Below, one piece after another: positions 58,999-64,000 of a stretch of DNA of 64,000 bases. The stretch covers positions 124,001-188,000 of the forward strand of contig NIVC01003103.1 of NCBI GenBank assembly GCA_002269645.1, in the 5' to 3' direction. The notes beneath the pieces were generated by a model. The model did no database searches. It was not told the DNA's origin and saw nothing but the letters and a program-made list of their open reading frames with translations. Origin of the DNA: Macrostomum lignano (Eukaryota). The translations under genes were made by a program, and so were the position numbers. The first letter of the stretch is position 1; each line of letters starts with the position of its first letter.

Positions 58999-61281
58999 GC
59001 TGTCTGGAAGGTGCAGAATTGGGGGTTGGCCTCGAGTGCTCAGAGAAATTGCTGAATGCTGCCGGTGCTGCATAAAACTGTAGGATAAGAAAGAGCATTC
59101 GGGAACACTGCGTGCTACTGCCTTATTATATACGAGCCCATGAGTATCGGCTGGCTAATAAAATCATACAGCAGTATTGGCAGACGGCCCCGGGGAGACC
59201 CGGCCTCAGCTTAGAGACTGGGGCGAATCCGCGTCCCCCCCCGGACCCTACCAGCCTCCTCCCCAGTACTGGCCGCCCGCTCCCCAGACGAGCGCCGAGC
59301 TCATGAAATCCAGGGATTAAGTATTGGTTTGCTCAGCTCCTGACGGGGCTGAATTAGATTAACGGGCGGGATTTTGCTGACTGAGGTTGGGGTGGATCAG
59401 ATCGGCACAGGGAAGTCCGCAGTGGCTGCAGCTTCAAGCAGGTTCAGATCATTCATCTCTCACTGTGTTTGACTGAGATTTTAACTGGATAAACATGACC
59501 GTTTTGCGGCTGACTTTTAAAAATTAATGTTGAGCCTCAAGGAGATTTCATGCGAAAACCGGAGTCGTAACCAATGGCAACAAAAATTAGGCAAAAATGC
59601 CTAAGTATTCGTAATTAGGCATCAGAGATTGAAAGGGTGGAAAAATTGAGATCTCATTTCTTGTCCAAGACAAACTATAGCTTCAATTTCATTCAAACGT
59701 TAATAATGTGCACAAGAAATATAAAGTAAATATATGCTTTCATTGAAGAGAAATTCAATCATTCAGGCAAAAAATCAATGTTAAACTACAAAGCAGCATT
59801 CGACAGAAAAATCTACCTAAATTTTGAAAAATTGTGCTCCTGCAAGCTAAATCACAAACGGACCATGTCAGTAATAAATCAGATGCATACAATAATTATG
59901 CAATAACTGGTTTATTTTAATATTCTATTCGAATTTCAATTTCAAGAATCCAAGATCTGTTATAAAAAATAGAACACAATACAGATAATTAAAAATCTTT
60001 AATATGGCTTTAAATTGAATTTAATGATTTACAGCCATGTAAACAGCAATGCATATTAAAAAGTGTCTATTTTATTGTCAATTTCTCTATTTTTAATGTT
60101 CCCCCAATTTACATAATAATACAAGATGTTATTGTTGATGAGCAGACTAAGCTAAGTATATAACTGGCAAAATAATTGACTCTAGACCAAACAAACAATA
60201 GAGAACTTTTGTAAGCATATATTTTAGTTATAACTTGAGCAAAGGTTAACTAAAAATAATCGATTTTTTTTGCCTCTGCATTTCTTTCTTTGAACCTGTG
60301 ATTAAAGCAATACAAAGCTACATTGTATAGCACATATCTGCATGTTTTATCTTATTTAGCTAGTGTGATCATCTTATCTTATGATATTTGTGTAGTAGTT
60401 AATTTTATTCATTCTTGTCATTTAATATTTAAGCTGTATATTTAGAGGCTAAAAAGACCCTTAAAAATTAATTTAATGCTATGCAAAAGGCCAAATCATG
60501 AGCTTTCATAATTTTATGTTTGTGTTTACCTTTTAATTAGTTTTGTTGCCTGTCAGATATAAATCGATAAAAGATAGTTCACGAGCTTTTTGCGTCAAAC
60601 GGGAGCTATCAAGAATCTGAGTAGAAGTTCAGTTATTATTTATACAGTACGAAGTAAAAAGAATGAGTTGCGTTGCGCGCTTTCCAGTCGAAAAATGAAT
60701 TTGATTTTATGAATTTAGTATTCCCGATAAATATTTGCTCCTTTTCTTAAGGCTTATTCAAAGAAATAAAGACATAGAATACAATAAAACTCAAAGTTTT
60801 TGCTTTCTATTTTTTAACTTTTAGAAACTTTTCGGTTTCAAAAGATTTTGTTATACCTCATCAAACGATTAGCGAGTATTTTCGGTATTAATAATAAAAA
60901 CATTCTTGGTTCAAATGAATCGAGTAATACATATCACTCAGCTACACTTTGCTGTTTAAGTGAAGCGAAAAAAATGAATTGGATACTCGTGTAACTTGGT
61001 CTTTATTAAAATTTCAAAACTTTTCATAGTGAACGTCGTCAGCACAGCACGCGATAAGAGAAACAGTGAAAATAATTAAACAATAGTTTGCTTGCCTAAC
61101 AGAATTATTTTTATGTACGTTAAGTTTAAATAAAAGCTTTGTTCCACACAAAACTGGTTTATGCCACTTGTACATTTACAACGTAAGGGCAACTGAGTTA
61201 ACAAGGCGAGCGGAGATCATTAATAAAGGGAGCTAAAAAGCAACCAATGCACTACCGTATATTCTCAAGAATTCACATCTT

Positions 61282-62173
61282 CTAATAGTCCGGGGTGCGC
61301 CACACTAGGACCGCAAACCGGCCAACAAAGCAGTGCAGCATGCGACCGACCTCGTGCGTACAGAACGAGCCGTACTGGAAGCGGCCAACGATGGCGTGCC
61401 AGGCCCGCCCGTCCAGATCATCCAGCCCGGCCTTGATGTGCTTGGCGATGTCCTTCTCCAGGCTGTAGACGGCCTGGCCTTCTCGAGCCAGTCGGACAAT
61501 AGTGCGCATCAGGTCCTCCGGCAGCTGATCGTCCACGGCCAAGATTTGAACATTGTCCAGACTGTCGTCAATTTCGCCATCGTTGCCGCTGGATTGAACC
61601 GCGTATTGGTCGGCTTCATCGACTCCTGTGCCTGGAGGCCCGGCGTTCACTCGGCGGGTCTCCACTTTCTCTCTGTGTGCAGCAGGGTTCGTTGCTTGCT
61701 GCTACTTTATGGACGACACTCCTCCGCCCACCTCACTCCATTCAATCTCTTCCCCAAGCGACGCTTTCATTGCATGACACAAGTGCCAACGCATGTACAT
61801 GTAAGTACCTCTTCATATCCCTATTCCTATACTATGAATGCAATATCTATTTCAACTGAGTTGCATACAACGGCAGCCTCACATGTAGTCAGTGTTGGGC
61901 GTGAGTCCTAAGGTCTCGCAGTACTCCTCAACCGTGATTGTGCCGCTGTTGTCGGCGTCGAACAGGTCCAGCCATTTCTAGCAAAAGGCGACAAAGGTTC
62001 AGTTGAACGGGTTGCACTTTTCGAGCTTTGGCAACCAAGATGAACAGTAAACTCACCTGAATGAACCGATCGTCAAACTCCTGCTTTTTGCAATACTCCT
62101 CCAGCTCCTGTTTGGTGATCTCACCGCTGAAGTCGGTGTCGATTGCCTCGAACGCTTTGAGAAAATCAGCCAT
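61282..62173 (-). CDS. TAL: Tegumental-allergen-like (TAL) protein: two EF-hands plus C-terminal dynein light chain-like domain, 3 exons, 200 aa
   Basis: Exons 62173-62057 (EF1 DTDFSGEITKQE), 61977-61883 (EF2 DADNSGTITVEE) and 61672-61282 (EKDIAKHIKAGLDDLDGRAWHAIVGRFQYGSFCTHE...LVWRTP, DLC fold). Phases 0 and 2 are consistent. The EF-hand + DLC architecture defines the flatworm TAL family. Confidence 0.9.
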
Positions 62174-62779
62174 GTTGAAAGCTGCTGAGCAGAAGAGCAG
62201 AACAGATCAGTTCCTATGCGCTTGTCCTTGCAGAGCCGTGAGCGGACACTGAAATGCGGCGGCACAGCTGCCCAGGCGCGTGGGCAGGGGCTAGCTGCCA
62301 CCAATGGGCCGGGCGGGCCCGCCGCAGGGGGGCAGCGGAGGGGGGCGGGCGCGCAGACACTCGGCTCGTCAGTCCATTCTCATGACTCGTCTCACCGAGC
62401 CTCGCCCTACTGAACATTTTTATTGTTACCTGAGTGCAGCGCTCGCGAGGACAGACAGGGCTGGGGAATGCGACTCGTTCTCACACTTTTATTGAGTGCA
62501 GCGCAGAAGCGAAACTCGATGATGGTCACAGATGCCGACTCACTGTGTGTGTTGTGAATACAGCTTTGCTCTGCATGGCTGGATGGTGCGATGTCTTGAG
62601 CCTGAGGCTAGTTGAGCAGAAACTAAAAAAACTGCTGTGTTATTTGAAGGCAGATTTCCTTACCAGGTTACTTTGGAAAACAACAGGAACTTGAGAAGTT
62701 GTCCATCGTGAAGTTCGTATTTTAGAAATTAAACAGCGAGCTTAAATCTCCAGGGGATTCGATATTTACATGATTGACA

Positions 62780-63045
62780 TAAAAATAATAACAACAATTG
62801 ATTACACCTTGCCCTAATTGGCAGATGTGCAACCAACAACTGAAGGTACGGCTGTTCAGTTCAAGGACCGGGGTCGCCACACACACCCTCAATTACTCCA
62901 CACCCATTTTACCGCAATGGATAAACTGAAGCAATGCAGAATTAAGTGGCTGGCTCAAGGACACAAATTGTTCCGAGTTGGGTTGAGAATCGAACCCCTG
63001 ACCTTTCAGTCGTGATTCCGACGCTCCAACTACTAGACTAAAACC
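62780..63045 (-). mobile_element. Probable tRNA-derived CORE-type SINE
   Basis: The minus-strand head GGTTTTAGTCTAGTAGTTGG...GGTTCGATTC has A- and B-box-like motifs. Plus strand 62903-62945, CCCATTTTACCGCAATGGATAAACTGAAGCAATGCAGAATTAAGTGGCTGGCTCAAGGACACA (extending to about 62965), resembles the MIR CORE antisense consensus recalled from memory (CCCATTTTACAGATGAGGAAACTGAGGC..AAGTGACTTGCCCAAGGTCACACA). The 3' boundary is approximate. Confidence 0.6.
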
Positions 63046-63394
63046 CAGCAGTTGACAGCTCTGAGTTCATCAGTTCTCCGTCACGAAGAACAGCTAGAAG
63101 AGTCTGAGAGAGAGCATTTTCATATGCCTCATTTTTGCTGGCATTCCTTGGATGGTCTGAATGACTTCCAGAGTTTCTGACAGATCAAAGCTCAGTAGAG
63201 CTGCTTGCGCTCAATGACGCTGCGCCCCCACCTTCTGGCGACTTGTTTGTCCAGCGCGGCGGAGTCGGCAGCAGCTCACGCGCCCGCACCCTGATGGCCC
63301 GCCAACTCGCGCAGTCATCAAAACAGACGAATCAGCGTCCCCACCCGCTGTGTTTGAAGAGCTCAGCTAAGCTACTCAAACAGCGCCCCAACTA

Positions 63395-63396
<2 letters not shown>

Positions 63397-63491
<95 letters not shown>

Positions 63492-63493
63492 CT
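63397..63493. repeat. (CT)n microsatellite
   Basis: About 95 bp of CT dinucleotides. Confidence 0.95.
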
Positions 63494-64000
63494 CCCACGG
63501 GACAAACAAGAAACGCAAAAGAAGCTGCAGAAGAACTTGAAGAAGAGCTTTGAAGTGCAGCAGAGGGCGGCGGGGGCGCCTAAAAAACTTGAGTGGCATA
63601 ATTAGACCCGACAGAGGGGCCATGGGGGCCTTAATAAGCAAAGGCACGCCCAGCAGGCACTGCCGTACCAAATTCGCTTATTTCTACTGAAAGTAAGCTG
63701 CTGCGACAGCCAGAAAAATTGAATCTGCGCAGACAGCAGAGCGGAAATTAAACAAACCCCAAAAGCCATTGAAAATATTGCGTGAGACTCCGCCGCGAGG
63801 CGCCCAGGTGCTGAACAGAGCCGAGGCAGCAGAGGAGAGAGAATGAGCTCCATTGTGAGCGCAGCTGCACGGTCTATTCAAGACGCTACTCTGATATAAA
63901 AGGCACACAGCGCAAGCTTAGAAAAATTGCAAAAAGCAGTAGAGGGCCGGTCGGCTTCTCAAGTGATGAGGCGCGCCAACTGCCCAGCTGCCGAAGAAGC

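Noticed and set aside
59500-61280. AT-rich block as a DNA transposon
   Set aside because: No terminal inverted repeats, target-site duplication or transposase remnant could be identified by eye.

Overview
Eukaryotic (animal) genomic DNA with GC-rich exons and introns packed with unrelated minisatellites. An EF-hand/dynein-light-chain (TAL) gene points to a flatworm; the genome style suggests Macrostomum-like DNA (inference, not verified). Five protein-coding genes can be assembled by hand from GT-AG sites with consistent phases. They are: the 3' end of a class I phosphatidylinositol transfer protein (+, 1-1824); a full alpha-neurexin (-, 16 exons, 42158-6181, about 1590 aa, with one apparent 1-nt frameshift); an essentially intronless ACSS2-type acetyl-CoA synthetase (-, 51211-49118) lacking its own ATG; SNAP-25 (-, 7 exons, 58998-52913); and a TAL protein (-, 3 exons, 62173-61282). 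A probable CORE-type SINE lies near 62.8-63.0 kb. Most long ORFs in the supplied track are translations of tandem repeats. The best hidden signals are absent from the ORF track or misread in it: a 24-nt neurexin micro-exon at the exact vertebrate SS2 position, a second signal-peptide first exon giving an LNS2-start neurexin, a duplicated alternative first exon of SNAP-25, a possible spliced-leader-donated start codon for ACS, tandem repeats built from splice sites, and two inverted GATA arrays sharing the same interruption signature. All gene models are manual and need RNA-seq confirmation.
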